Notes: generated by a model not told the origin, from the sequence alone. Shown: positions 1-11,776, numbered from the stretch's first letter. The stretch: 64,000 nucleotides of DNA from an uncultured Actinomycetes bacterium (GCA_963705625.1 CAVPKG010000001.1:673867-737866); one strand, 5' to 3'. Numbers and translations: made by a program.

Positions 1-919
1 AACTTCAGCGGGGTCATGATCGGGCGTCCGGTCGAGCGCGATCTCGTCGATGACGGGTGGACGCTGTACACCGCACGGCTCAACAACCCGATCGTCGAAG
101 AGGCTCTGACGGCCGAAGACATCGCGGCCCGGGTCGAAGCGTTCGATTACCACGTGATGCAGGAGCACCGGACACGCATCGACGAGATCGTCGCCGATCC
201 TTCCGTCGCAGAGAAGCTCAAGCCGTACTACCGCTATGGGTGCAAGCGGCCATGCTTCCACGACGAGTACCTGGTGGCGTTCAACAACCCCAACGTGACA
301 TTGGTCGACTGCCCGGGCGGCGTCACCCAGATCACGCCGCACAGTGCAATCGCCAACGGCACCGAGTACGAGCTCGATTGCATCGTCTACGCCACCGGGT
401 TCGAGGCCGAGCTCACACCGTTTGCCGCGGCGCGCCGGCCACACCATCATCGGGCGCGCCGGAATCACGATGGAGGAGAAGTGGAAGGACGGCGTCATCA
501 GCCTGCATGGCATGACGACGCACGGCTTCCCGAACATGTTCATCATGCCCGCGCCGGGCCAGCAGGCCGTCACCACCCACAACTACACGCACCTGATGGT
601 TCTCGGCGCCGAACACATCGCCGCGACGGTCGCCTTGCTCGAGGAGCGCGGTGTGAAGGTGTTCGACGTCACCGAGGAAGCCGAGGAGGCCTGGACCGAG
701 ATCATCCTCAGCACCGCCCACGACCCAACCGCGTTCATGGCCGCGTGCACGCCGTCCCGTCTCAACTTCGAGGGCAACCCGAGCATGTTCAACCCCCGCA
801 ACGGGGCCTATGGCGGTGGTTTCGGCGACGTGTTCGGATACCGAGACCTCCTCGCCGAGTGGCGGTCCAACGGCGAGTTCGCCGGATGGGAGCTCATCGA
901 GACGGAGCCGGAGACATGA
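1..919 (+). CDS. Baeyer-Villiger/flavin-containing monooxygenase, C-terminal part (5' end outside window; frameshift near 425)
   Basis: ORF 16.. gives LKPYYRYGCKRPCFHDEYL and DCIVYATGF; continues in ORF 344..919 (GITMEEKW..LHGMTTHGFPNMF, CTPSRLNFEG), typical BVMO C-terminus. Confidence 0.88.
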
Positions 920-1154
920 GCGGAGCGGTCGCGAGCCGGGTATCCCGGCGAGCAGCGGAGCGGGGCCTGAGCGGCCCGGCGCGCAGCGCCGAGAGCGGAG
1001 AAGCATGAGCGGAGCGGTCGCGAGCCGGGTATCCCGGCGAGCAGCGGAGCGGGGCCTGAGCGGCCCGGCGCACGCGAGCGAGCGTCGGCGAGCCGGGTAT
1101 CCCGGCTCGCCGCGAGCGAGCCATGGTCATGGCGCCGAGAGCGGAGAAACATGA
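916..1154 (+). repeat. Two tandem palindromic intergenic repeat units forming ATGA-coupled mini-ORFs (916-1008, 1005-1154)
   Basis: Direct repeat starting ATGAGCGGAGCGGTCGCGAGCCGGGTATCCCGG at 916 and 1005; hairpin CGGCGAGCCGGG-TAT-CCCGGCTCGCCG at 1086-1112. Confidence 0.9.
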
Positions 1155-2830
1155 GCGGCTCCGACCGCAAGCCGCGCGTCACGGTCGTGACGGGAGGCGC
1201 GCTCGGGATCGGTGCCACGATCGCCGAGGAGCTCGGTCGCCATGGCGCGTTCGTCGTCACCGTCGACCCTGGCGTCGCGGTCGACGGCACACCCGGGAGC
1301 GGTGACACCGGGCGCACCACCGCGCAGCGGATCGTCGACGCCGGCGGGCAGGCCCGGGCGTCGAACATCTCGGTGACCGACGCGGACGCCGTCGGCGTCC
1401 TGTTCGCGGAGCTCGTCGAGGAATTCGGCGCGCTCGACGCGGTCGTGAACGTCGCGGGGATCAGTCGTCCGACCGGATTCGCCTCCGGGATCGAGGACGA
1501 CTGGCGTGCGGTGCTCGACGTGCACCTCAACGGTTACCTCAACACGCTCCGCGCCGCGCTGCCGCTCATGGCTGCAGCCGGCCACGGTCGCATTCTCGGC
1601 GTCACCTCGGGCTCGGGGTGGCGCGCCGCCGACGCCGGGGCCTACAGCTGCGCGAAGCGCGCCGTCGCCGCGCTCACGTGGCAGATCGGACAGGCGACCC
1701 CGAGCGGCGTGACGGTCAACGCCCTCTCGCCGATCGCCGCCACCCGGATGGTGCTCGGGGCACTCTCCCGCCAGGCGGGCCCCGGGAACCGGACCGGGCG
1801 CGACGCGGCCACGGGCGGCGTATCCCTTTCCCTCGACGCGGTGCCGCCACCCGAGCGCCTCGGGCCGATCGGCGCGTACCTCGCCGGCGACGACTTCGCC
1901 GCGGGCTGCCGCGGGCAGGTGATGTTCTCGAACGGCGCGGAGCTCGCGTGGGTGGTCCCGCCCCGGCTCCTCGAGCTCGCGCGCACGACCGACGTCGGAT
2001 CGCTCCCGCGGCTGCTGGAGATGCTCGGCCCCGCGGTGCTCGCGCCGGCCGAGGCCGCCCAGGCCAGCAACGGCGGCGGCAACCCCCGTCTCGGCGCCGC
2101 GTTCGACGAGCCGGCTCCGAGCGCGAGCTCCGCGGCGCACGCCAGACGCGCCGTCGTCGTGACCGACGTACCCGCGTCGGGCAACGCGATCACGAAGGCG
2201 CTCGCGTCGCGCGGCGTCGAGTGCGTGACTCTCGCGCAACCTGCGACGCGCTTCACCGCCGCCGCGGAACAGCTTGCAGCCGTGGCCGGCGAGTCCGTAC
2301 CGGTCGACGCGGTCGTCGTGGCGCTCGTCGGTGACGACGCGCGTGCGGTCGCCTCCCCCGACGTCCCGGCGTGGCAACGCATGCTCGACGAGCACACCGG
2401 CATCACCGACCGGATCGCCACCGACGCGGCGTGGGTCCGCGCGGTCGCCGATCTCGCGGCGGCGAGCGACCGGCCCGTCCGGATCGTCACCGTGGTGGAC
2501 GCGACGTCGGCCGGCGGTCGGAGTCGGGCCCAAGCGGCCGCTCAGCTCTCGCGCGCCGCGCACCAGGCGACGGCCGATCGGGTGGACGCCTTCGCGATCA
2601 GCGTCGAGGCAACACATGCATCGGCGTTCGGCCGGACCGCGGACGTCGCGGCCTACCTCGTGAGTGACGCCGGCGCGGGTGCGCTGTCCGGGGCCGAGCT
2701 GGTCGTCTCGACCGACTGGCTCGGTCTCCGCAGCCATCCGCGCCCGGCCGGGACGATCTCTTTCGGGGGTCCGGACGTCCCGGGCTGGCTCGACGGCACG
2801 CTCCGCGACATGGTCGGTTCGGGCCGGTAG
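1151..2830 (+). CDS. Extended SDR oxidoreductase (canonical SDR + degenerate second SDR-like domain)
   Basis: TGGALGIG, VNVAGI and YSCAK motifs; C-terminal half ends in SDR-like AYLVSDAGAGALSGAEL. Confidence 0.85.
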   Translation: MSGSDRKPRVTVVTGGALGIGATIAEELGRHGAFVVTVDPGVAVDGTPGSGDTGRTTAQRIVDAGGQARASNISVTDADAVGVLFAELVEEFGALDAVVNVAGISRPTGFASGIEDDWRAVLDVHLNGYLNTLRAALPLMAAAGHGRILGVTSGSGWRAADAGAYSCAKRAVAALTWQIGQATPSGVTVNALSPIAATRMVLGALSRQAGPGNRTGRDAATGGVSLSLDAVPPPERLGPIGAYLAGDDFAAGCRGQVMFSNGAELAWVVPPRLLELARTTDVGSLPRLLEMLGPAVLAPAEAAQASNGGGNPRLGAAFDEPAPSASSAAHARRAVVVTDVPASGNAITKALASRGVECVTLAQPATRFTAAAEQLAAVAGESVPVDAVVVALVGDDARAVASPDVPAWQRMLDEHTGITDRIATDAAWVRAVADLAAASDRPVRIVTVVDATSAGGRSRAQAAAQLSRAAHQATADRVDAFAISVEATHASAFGRTADVAAYLVSDAGAGALSGAELVVSTDWLGLRSHPRPAGTISFGGPDVPGWLDGTLRDMVGSGR

Positions 2831-2854
2831 CGAAACGAGGAACGAGGAGGAGCG

Positions 2855-3718
2855 ATGGCCGCACCCATCGAACGCATCGTCGACGCGCACATCCACCTCT
2901 GGGATCCGGCTCGCGCCGACTGGTACCCGTACCTGGCGGGCCAGCGCGAGCTCGACATGGGCGATATCTCGGGGATGTGCCGCCTCTTCGACCAGCCCAC
3001 CTACTTCTCCGAGTCCGCGAGCTGGAACGTCGTGAAGTTCGTGCACGTCGCCGCGGCGTCCGCGCCCCACTCCGCGGAAGAGACCGCGGAGCTCGACGAG
3101 CTGGCCGAGGCGACGGGGCACCCGGACGCCATCATCGGGGGCATCGTGCCGAGCGATCCCATCGCAGAGACGGAGCGGCTGCTCGACGCACAGATGAAAT
3201 CGTCTCGGTTCCGCGGCATCCGGCCGATGGGCGGGACGATGGGTGTTCCCGGCGGCGACGTGCTGCGCGCGCTCCAGGAGCGCGAGCTGGTGTTCGAGCT
3301 GATGGCCCACCCCGACGAGCTCGAGGCCGCCGCCGCCGCGTTGGCCGATTGGGGCAACCTCACGATCGTCGTCGAGCACGCCGGTTGGCCGCGGTCGGAC
3401 GAACCGGAGGAGTTCGAGCTCTGGGAGCGCGGGATCTCGGCCCTCGCGGCTCTCGGTGACAACGTGCATTGCAAGCTGTGCGGCCTGGCCATGCCCCTGC
3501 ACACTATGGACGCGCACGCGCTCCGGCCATGGATCGAGCACTGCCTCGCGTCGTTCGGCGTCGATCGGTGCATGTTCGCGAGCAACTTTCCCGTCGACGC
3601 GATGCACGGCACCTTCGACCAGCTCTACGGCGGATTCGACCGCGTCACCGCCGACCTCGACGCCGAGGCCCGCGACAAGCTCTTCGCCGGCAACGCCGAG
3701 CGGCTCTATCGCTGCTGA
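2855..3718 (+). CDS. Amidohydrolase_2 family protein (L-fuconolactonase-like)
   Basis: IVDAHIHLWD, VVEHAGWP, FASNFPVD, NAERLY; GGAGG SD upstream. Confidence 0.88.
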   Translation: MAAPIERIVDAHIHLWDPARADWYPYLAGQRELDMGDISGMCRLFDQPTYFSESASWNVVKFVHVAAASAPHSAEETAELDELAEATGHPDAIIGGIVPSDPIAETERLLDAQMKSSRFRGIRPMGGTMGVPGGDVLRALQERELVFELMAHPDELEAAAAALADWGNLTIVVEHAGWPRSDEPEEFELWERGISALAALGDNVHCKLCGLAMPLHTMDAHALRPWIEHCLASFGVDRCMFASNFPVDAMHGTFDQLYGGFDRVTADLDAEARDKLFAGNAERLYRC

Positions 3719-3794
3719 CCGCGCGCAGTCCCCCTGGGTCGCTAGAGTCCCGCAACATTGACCTGCGCCGGCGGTCATCATTGTGGGGGGAGCC

Positions 3795-5033
3795 ATGGAC
3801 GCGAGAGGTGTTGTGCGGATGCGAGCGCGGCGGGTCGTCGTGCTGGTCGTTCTGGTCGTTGCCGTCGCGTTACCGCTCGGTGCTGTCCCCGCATCGGCCG
3901 CACCCGCGAACGGACCCGTGGTGAAGGTCGGAATGATCCAGGCACTGACCGGTCCGCTCGCCTCGAACCCGGATACGAAGGACGCCTTGGTCGCGTCGCT
4001 CGCCGCGTTCAACAAGCGCGGCGGTGCGGGGACGAACCACGCCAAGCTCCAAGCCGACGTGTGTGACACTCGGAGTGACGCCAACGGTGAGGTGGACTGC
4101 GCGCGCCAGATGGTCGACGACGGTGTCGTTGCGACGCTCAACGACCTCACGTTCAACAACCCGTCCGGGGTGGTCGACGTCCTCGAGAGCGCCGGGATCC
4201 CGCGGATCGGTCTGCTGCCAACCAACCTCGCCGAGTTCCAGTCGAAGTTCTCGTTTCCGGTCTCGGCCGGGGCCATCGCGGCCTATCTCGGCAACGCGGT
4301 CGGGTTCAAGCAGGATGGCAACACCAAGATCTGTCTCATGCGGACCGACGCGCCCACAGGTGCGACATTCAAAGGCTTCCTCGCGCCGTCGTTCACGGCG
4401 ATCGGGATCGACATCACTTGTGACGTGTCTGTCGCGACCGGCGCCACCGACTACGCGCCCTACATCGCGCAGCTCCAGCAGGAGAACCCCGACGCGGTGC
4501 TGATCTCCCACACCGACAGTGTCACCACCCAGCTGATCGCCGCGATGGCGCAGCTCAACGCGAAGATCCCGCTGGGCGGAAACCCGGGATCGTTCACGCT
4601 GGGCACCCTTCGGAAGTACCCCGCCATCACGAAGGGCACGGTCCTCTCGGATTCGTTCCCGTACCCGTCGCAGGCGAACGCCAAGAGCTTCCCGGGGCTC
4701 AAGCAGTACTTCGCCGACATGAAGGCGTCCGGCAAGAGTGGCCTCAGCGCGGCGAAGCTGAAGACCCAGGACTTCTCCGCTTGGATCGCCGCACTCGCGT
4801 TCCTGGACGTGACCAAGAATCTCGACTCGTTCACGCCCGCGACCGTTGTCGGGGCGCTCAAGAGCGCGAAGAACGTCGATCTCCTGGGGTTGACTCCGCC
4901 GTGGACACCGTCGACGCCCGGCTTCAGCGTGTTCACGTCGAGTTCGAACCACTACGTGTACAACTCTCGGTTCAACGGCAAGGACATCGTCACCAACAAG
5001 ACGCCGATCGATGTCACCCAGTACCTCAAGTGA
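3795..5033 (+). CDS. Branched-chain amino acid-type ABC substrate-binding protein
   Basis: Signal peptide, VKVGMIQALTGP, CDTRSD; precedes Liv-type permease/ATPase; start uncertain (3795 or 3819). Confidence 0.82.
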   Translation: MDARGVVRMRARRVVVLVVLVVAVALPLGAVPASAAPANGPVVKVGMIQALTGPLASNPDTKDALVASLAAFNKRGGAGTNHAKLQADVCDTRSDANGEVDCARQMVDDGVVATLNDLTFNNPSGVVDVLESAGIPRIGLLPTNLAEFQSKFSFPVSAGAIAAYLGNAVGFKQDGNTKICLMRTDAPTGATFKGFLAPSFTAIGIDITCDVSVATGATDYAPYIAQLQQENPDAVLISHTDSVTTQLIAAMAQLNAKIPLGGNPGSFTLGTLRKYPAITKGTVLSDSFPYPSQANAKSFPGLKQYFADMKASGKSGLSAAKLKTQDFSAWIAALAFLDVTKNLDSFTPATVVGALKSAKNVDLLGLTPPWTPSTPGFSVFTSSSNHYVYNSRFNGKDIVTNKTPIDVTQYLK

Positions 5034-5062
5034 CGGCTGATTGACCGAGTCTGAGGGGAGCC

Positions 5063-7871
5063 GTGGCGCAGGCTGTCCAGTTCGCCATCCTCGGTCTCGG
5101 TGCCGGCGCGGCGTACACGCTGCTGGCGGAGGGCATCGTCCTCATCTACCGCGGCTCCGGCATCGTCAACTTCGCGCACGGTGCGATCGCCATGTTCGCG
5201 GCGTTCTTCTGCTTCTTGACGTTGAAGGAAGAGCACGGATGGTCAGTCGTTGCGGCGATCCCGGTCGCGGTTCTGCTCGCGGCGCTGCTCGGCGTCGTCA
5301 TCCAGAACGGCATCCTCCGCTTCATGGGCACCGCCGCGCCGATCGTCCGACTCGTCGCAACACTCGGCGTGCTGATCGTGCTCCAGGGAATCGCCGGTGA
5401 GAAGCTCTGGGACAGCGACTTCCACCAGGTCGACCAGTTCCTCCCGACGCACAACTACACGTTCCACGGATGGTTCGGACTCAACGGTGAGTGGGGACGC
5501 GTGGTCATCCAGGAGGATCGGCTGATCCTGCTCGGGATCGCGTGCGGGCTGACGCTCGCGCTGTGGGCGTTCACGCGGTTCACGAGGATCGGTCTCGCGA
5601 TCTCGGCGAGCGCGGAGAACGAGCGTGCGGTGTCCGCACTCGGCTGGTCGCCGAACCTGCTCGCCACCGTCACGTGGGCGATCGGCGGAGCGACGGCGGG
5701 ACTCGCCGGGATCCTGCTCGCGCCGAATGCCGGACTCAGCTTGACGACCTTCACGATCGTCGTCACGGTGTCGGCGCTCGCCGTCGCGCTGGTCGGTGGG
5801 TTCAGCTCGTTCCCGCTCACGTTGCTCGGTGGCGTCGCGCTCGGGATCGCGGAGAGCGAGGTCCTGACGTACTCGAGCGACATCTCGACGTTCCTCCACG
5901 ACACCCTGGGGATCGAGAACGGTGCGACCGGCCTCCAGCGCTCACTGCCGTTCCTCGTGATCGTCGTCGTGCTCGTGGTCCGCGGTAAGGCGCTCCCGCT
6001 GCGCAGCCACGTCCTCGAGCGACTCCCGGACCTCGGGAGCGGTGTCGTGACGCGCTGGTTCCTCGTCGTCACGATGGGTGCGCTGCTCTTCCTGAACAGC
6101 TTCGCCTTCGACGCGCGCTGGTCGACCGCCGTGTACACGTCGCTGATTGTTGGTGTGTTCATCCTGTCGATCGTCGTGCTGACCGGGTACGCAGGTCAGC
6201 TGTCCCTCGCGGAGTACGCGATCGGTGGACTTGGCGCGCTCTTCGCGGCGCGTCTCGTCGGGCACGAGCACTGGCCTGCCGAGCTCGCGTTCCTCGTCGG
6301 TGTGGTCTTCGCCATCCTCGTGGGCGTGGTATTCGCGATCCCGGCGCTGCGCACCCGGGGCGTGAACCTCGCCGTCGTCACTCTCGGACTCGGGTTCGCG
6401 GTCCAGCAGGTGGTGTTCAGCAACGAGTACTTCACCGGTGACTTCGGGGGGGTCACGACGGTCGGCCGGATCAAGGTGTTCGGTTGGGATGTCAGCGCGG
6501 CCGACCACCCGGATCGCTACTTGGTGGTCTGCCTCGCGGTGTTCGTGATCGCGGGGCTGATCGTGGCCAACCTCCGCCGCTCGGGCTCCGGACGACGGCT
6601 CATCGCCGTACGCACCAACGAGCGCGCCGCCGCGTCGTTGGGCATCAGCGTCTTCGGCGCCAAGCTCTACGTGTTCGCGGTCGCGGCCGCGATCGCGGCC
6701 TTCGGAGGGATCCTCCTCGCGTTCAAGGACTCCACTGTCGTCTACGGACGCTACGACCCCTTCCAGTCGATCAACACCGTCGGCAACGCGGTCGCCGGTG
6801 GCGTCGGCTGGGTGCTCGGCGCGGTGTTCGGTGGCAACCTCGCCCCGGGCGGCGTGGGTTCGATCCCCCTCGACTGGGTCAATCTCGGTTCGTGGCTCAT
6901 CACGATCGGTGGGGTCACACTCATCGCCATCGTGGTCCTGAACCCGAATGGCATCGCGAGCGTCGTACTCCACAACGAGCGGGGCATCGGCCGGCTCCGG
7001 CTCCGACGCGAACCTCCCCGGGAGCACCTGGTCGACATCGCGCCCGGCACCGTGACCCCCGCGACGCTCGGGGTCGAGAACCTGACCGTCCGTTTCGGTG
7101 CCGTCGTCGCCGTCGACGACGTGAGCTTCCGCGTGACGCCGCGAGAAATAGTGGGCCTCATCGGACCGAACGGAGCGGGGAAGACGACCATCGTCGACGC
7201 GTTGACCGGCTTTACGAAGCCGACCGTGGGTCGGGTGACCCTGAACGGCACCGCGATGGCGGGAAGGTCCTGGGCACCGTCACGGCGTGCGCGCGCCGGG
7301 GTTCGTCGCTCGTTCCAGTCCCTCGAGCTCTTCGAGGACCTCTCGGTCGCCGACAACCTGCGGACCGGCGCCGACGAACACACGCTGTTCACCGGACTGC
7401 GCGACCTGGTCTGGCCCGCGCGATCCGACCTTCCGCCGGCCGCGGTCAGCAGTGCGCGCGAGTTCGGGCTCGAGAACGACCTCGATCGCCTCCCCGGTGA
7501 GCTTTCCTACGGTCGACGGCGACAGGTCGGGATCGCACGCGCGATCGCGCTCGGCACCTTCGGTCTTGTTGCTCGACGAACCCGCCGCCGGACTCGACGA
7601 CAACGAGACGAGCGAGCTCGGCGATCTCGTCCGGCGTTTCGCCGATCGGTACGGAATGGCAGTGCTGCTCATCGAGCACAACGTCGATCTCGTGCTGCGG
7701 GTGTGCGACCGCATCGTGGTGCTCGACTTCGGGCGCAAGATCGCGGAAGGCACGCCGGCCGAGATCCGCGGCGAGCCGGCCGTCGTCGCCGCGTACCTCG
7801 GTGAGGAGGCACCGCCCGCCGGTGCAGAACCGGTTCACGGTGGCATGACAACGGGCGGTTCGTCATCGTGA
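5063..7871 (+). CDS. Fused LivH/LivM-type permease + LivG-type ATPase (frameshift near 7550)
   Basis: GIVNFAHG, GYAGQLSLA, Walker A GPNGAGKT, LSYGRRR; Walker B LLLDEPAAG in ORF 7287..7871. Confidence 0.88.
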
Positions 7872-8594
7872 GCCGATCGGCGGGGTCGCTCCTCGAATGC
7901 CGCGCCCTCGCCGCGGGCTATGGCACCGTGGCTGTGGTGCGCGACGTCGACCTCCACGTCGATCCGGGTGAAGTCGTGGCACTCATCGGTCCGAACGGCG
8001 CGGGGAAGACGACCACGTTGCTGACGATCGCCGGTGAGCTGCCGGCGATCTCCGGGGACGTCGTGTTCCTCGGCGTGCCGACGAAAGCACCGTTGTTCCG
8101 GCGCGCCCGGCTCGGAATGGGCTTCGTCACCGAAGAGCGCTCCGTGTTCATGGCACTGAGCGCCGAGGAAAATCTCCGGATCGCCGGGGTTACGCGCGCC
8201 GACGCGGTCGACGTCTTTCCCGAACTCGAGCCGCTCATGGGACGAACCGCTGGACTGTTGTCGGGCGGGGAACAGCAGATGCTCACCCTGGCTCGCGCGG
8301 GTCGCGCGCGATCCCAAGCTGCTGCTCGTCGACGAGCTCTCGCTGGGTCTCGCGCCGCTTGTGGTGAAGCGATTGCTCCAAACGGTGCGCAGGGTCGCGA
8401 GCGAGAACTCGACCGGCATCCTGATGGTGGAGCAGCATGTTCCCCAGGCACTCAACATCGCCGACCGCGTCTACGTCATGCAGCGCGGACGCATCGTGAT
8501 GAGCGGAACCGCGGAGGAGGTCCGCGGCCGCATCGACGAAGTCGAGGCAACCTATCTCTCGGATCAAAGGGCCCGGGACGACGGGGGGACGTAA
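7868..8594 (+). CDS. LivF-type ABC ATP-binding protein (frameshift near 8300)
   Basis: GPNGAGKT, LSGGEQQML; continues in ORF 8361..8594 (ILMVEQH). Confidence 0.88.
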
Positions 8595-8752
8595 GCCGTG
8601 CGTGTGCCGGTCGCGAAACGCATTGCTGGCTGTGGTCGTCCACGAGCTTTTGTGAACGCGGGCTTTGGCAGCTGGGCGACCCTCGCTCCCGACAATTGCA
8701 GGCGACGCCCGACAGTTTGACATCGCCGCGCGGCACCACCAGCATCGTCCAC

Positions 8753-9392
8753 GTGCCGACACAAGAGGGTGACGTCAGCCCCGACGTGATCGTCGACGTC
8801 GATCACCACACCGACGACTTCAACCTGAACGAGCTCGAGGCGTGGGCAGCCATACGCGACAAATGTCCGGTTGCGTTCAATACGCGATACGGCGGCTTCT
8901 GGATGGTCACGAACTACGAAGGGGTCGCGCAGATCGCGCGCGACGGTGAGACGTTTGCGCACAAGTTCGAACGCAACGCTCCCGACGAGCTCCTCCGCTA
9001 TTACTCGGTGAACCAGACATTGAGCCGAACGGTGACGCGGTGACGTCGAGCTCTGCGGTCAGCAGCTACGGCGCAACGATCGCGTGCTCGATCAGCTGGT
9101 TGTCGGCCAACCACGACGAGGCCGAGTTCGAACGGCCCGACGAGGTCGTGCTCGACCGGCGGGTCAACCGTCATCTCGCGTTCGGCCTCGGCCCGCATCG
9201 CTGTATCGGCTCGCATCTCGGTGCGTCATGTTCACCGTGATGGTGCGCGAGGTCCTCGCGCGGATCCCCGACTGCACGGTCGACTTCGACAACGTGCGCC
9301 AGTACCTCGGCAGTCCGTCGATGACCGGGCTCGTCGACCTGCACGCCACGTTCACTCCCGGTCCCGTCGTGGGCGTGCCCCGACCCTTCTGA
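8753..9392 (+). pseudogene. Cytochrome P450 with large internal deletion and frameshifts
   Basis: N-terminal KCPVAFNTRYGGFWMVT joined directly to K-helix DELLRYY; later SANHDE and FGLGPHRCIG heme motif; only about 640 bp. Confidence 0.82.
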
Positions 9393-9396
9393 CCTT

Positions 9397-10787
9397 CTAG
9401 AAGAGTGGGGGCCAGGTGCGTTCGCGGAGCGCGCCGGACGCGGTGCGCATCAGGTGGTCGTCGCGCTGGACCCGGCGCCAGAGGTACCGCACGTAGTCCT
9501 CGTCCGTGACCGCGCCCTCGCGCGCGGCGTGTGCCAGCTCGCGGCGCGCGTCCGCCAACGGCTCGACCCCGCGCCCCAGGAGTTCGGCGAGATCGGCGAG
9601 CTCCGCTTCCTCGAACGCGTGCCCGAGCGGTCGAGCTCCTTCAAGTACTTCACGACGCGAGCCACGCCCTTCGTCCACTGCGACGCGAGGCGATCCTCGA
9701 TGCGCGGCACGATCACTTGCAGGTTCTCGAGGGTCGCGTCGTAGTACGAGTGCCACGGCTCCGGCGCTGGTTCGTCGGGCAGGTCGACGGGCGGGAGCTC
9801 GAAGCCCATCGCGTTCGCCAGCGCTTCGATCGTCAGACGCCGGTGCAGCATCCCGTAGATGATCCCGTTCCCGATGTCACGAGCCACCGGCTGGCCGTCG
9901 CGCGGCACCGATCCCATCGCGCCGGCACCCGCCGAGTTCGACGTGAGCCGTGTCTCGGCGAAGAGCCGGTAGTACCACACGCGTTGTGGGTCGATCATGT
10001 TGCCCGACAGCTCCTCGTACTCGCGCAATCGATCGGGAAAGTACGTGAACGTGTCCTGCACGGTGCGCAACGAGAGCCACGCGATGTCGTCCATCGGGTC
10101 GCCGAAGTGCGCGAGTTCCCAGTCGACGACGGCGGTGACCTTGCCTCCGTCGTACATGAAGTTGCCCGGCCCGGTGTCACCCTGGACGAGCACCGTGCGC
10201 CCGTCGTAGTCGGGCACGTTGCGTTCCAGCCAGTCGAGGCTCAGCGCCACGAGCGGGTCGATCTCGCCGCTCGGCGTGGTGGCGCGACGGCGCATGTTCG
10301 CGATCTCGTCGAGCACGTGCTCGCGTATCGGCTTGACCGGACCGAAGCTGGGGAGCGCGAGCTCGCGCGCGATCGAGCCGGTGGAGCGCGGCGAGGTTGC
10401 GGATGAAGTCCTGCGCGACGCGAACCTGCTCGTCGGGATCCTGGATGCGGTAGAACCAGTTCTCGACCCGAGATGCGCTCGGACAGCATCGCCTCGTGCA
10501 CGGGGTGCACGGCGAGGGTCCGCGGTACCGTGACGTCGGTGTCCTGCAGCGCCATGAACACCTCGGCCTCGACGCGCAACGGAAGGAACGCGGTGTCGGC
10601 CGGCGGGGTCGCGCGGCTGTAGCGGAGGAACAGCGGCTCGGTCACTCCGTCGCGGTCGACGTCCACGAACCATGCTTCGCGGCTCGCGCCACCGGGAACG
10701 CGGTTGGTCGCGGTGACCCGTCCGCCGGTCTCGTCCTCGATCCAGACTGACGATGTCGTCCGGTAGCGCGAGGGCAGCCTCCGCCAT
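9397..10787 (-). CDS. APH-like phosphotransferase family protein (several frameshifts)
   Basis: GGASREAWFVD, LVQGDTGPGNF, VVDWELAHFGDPMDD across ORFs 10241..10666, 9450..10976 and 9397..9756. Confidence 0.82.
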
Positions 10788-10899
10788 ACTTCGACGGAGA
10801 CTAATCAACCAGTGTGAGACGAGCTCCCGGCTACGGGTTGGCGCCGTGCTGACGGCAGATTTACGCTTTGGCCCAGGATTTCGGCCCCGAGGGGGACAC

Positions 10900-11706
10900 G
10901 TGGGAATCGAACGATTTCGCTTCGACGGCAAGCGGTGTGTCGTCACCGGCGCCGCGTCGGGGATGGGTGAAGCCACCGCGCAAGCGCTCGTCGAGCTCGG
11001 CGGTGAGGTCTACGGCCTCGACATCAGGCCCACATCGGTCGACGGCCTCGCGAAGTCGATCGAGATCGACCTGAAGGACCCCGCATCGATCGAGGGCGCG
11101 CTCGACGCCATCGGGGGGCCGATCCACGCGCTGTGCAGCGTCGCCGGCCTTCCCGGCGCGCCGTTCTCCGACATCGACACGATCACGGTGAACTACATCG
11201 GCGCCCGCCACCTCATCGAAACGGCGTTCAACGGCGGCCTGCTGCCCGCCGGCTCGGCGGTCGGCTGCATCACGTCGTTCGCCGGGAACGGCTGGGAGAT
11301 GCAGTGGGGCACGATCAAGGACCTGATCGAGACCGAGGGCTTCGCCGAGGCGCAGAAGTGGTGTGAAGCCAACAACTTCGGCGGCTACGGGCCGTCGAAG
11401 GTCGCGATGAACGCGTATGTCGGGTGGCGCAACGTCGACTTCCTGGCCAAGGGCGTGCGGATCAACGCGATCGGCCCCGGTGTCACCGACACCGGCATGT
11501 CGGCCGCCTTCGTGGCGCAGATGGGGGAGGAGTTCTTCGAGAAGTTCCCCAAGCCGATCGGCCGCAATTCCCGAGCCGACGAGCAGGCGTACCCGCTCGT
11601 CTTCGTGTGCAGCGACGCCGCCAGCTACCTTTCCGGCGCAGTCATCTATACCGATGGCGGCCTCGGGAGCGGCATGGTCACCGGTCGCCTCAGCCTCGGT
11701 ATGTGA
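10900..11706 (+). CDS. SDR oxidoreductase (coniferyl-alcohol/3-alpha-HSD-like)
   Basis: TGAASGMG, YGPSK, INAIGPGVTDT; GTG start after GAGGGG. Confidence 0.88.
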   Translation: MGIERFRFDGKRCVVTGAASGMGEATAQALVELGGEVYGLDIRPTSVDGLAKSIEIDLKDPASIEGALDAIGGPIHALCSVAGLPGAPFSDIDTITVNYIGARHLIETAFNGGLLPAGSAVGCITSFAGNGWEMQWGTIKDLIETEGFAEAQKWCEANNFGGYGPSKVAMNAYVGWRNVDFLAKGVRINAIGPGVTDTGMSAAFVAQMGEEFFEKFPKPIGRNSRADEQAYPLVFVCSDAASYLSGAVIYTDGGLGSGMVTGRLSLGM

Positions 11707-11776
11707 CCCAGTTCGACATCTGAATCCTCGCGACGACCCGCAATCGACCACTCGAGAGAGACCTGAAGGAGACGCC

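Noticed and set aside
1127..4276. Long antisense ORFs (also 15469-18144, 31176-33674, 34991-38017)
   Set aside because: Shadows of real genes on the opposite strand, common in high-GC DNA; no motifs.
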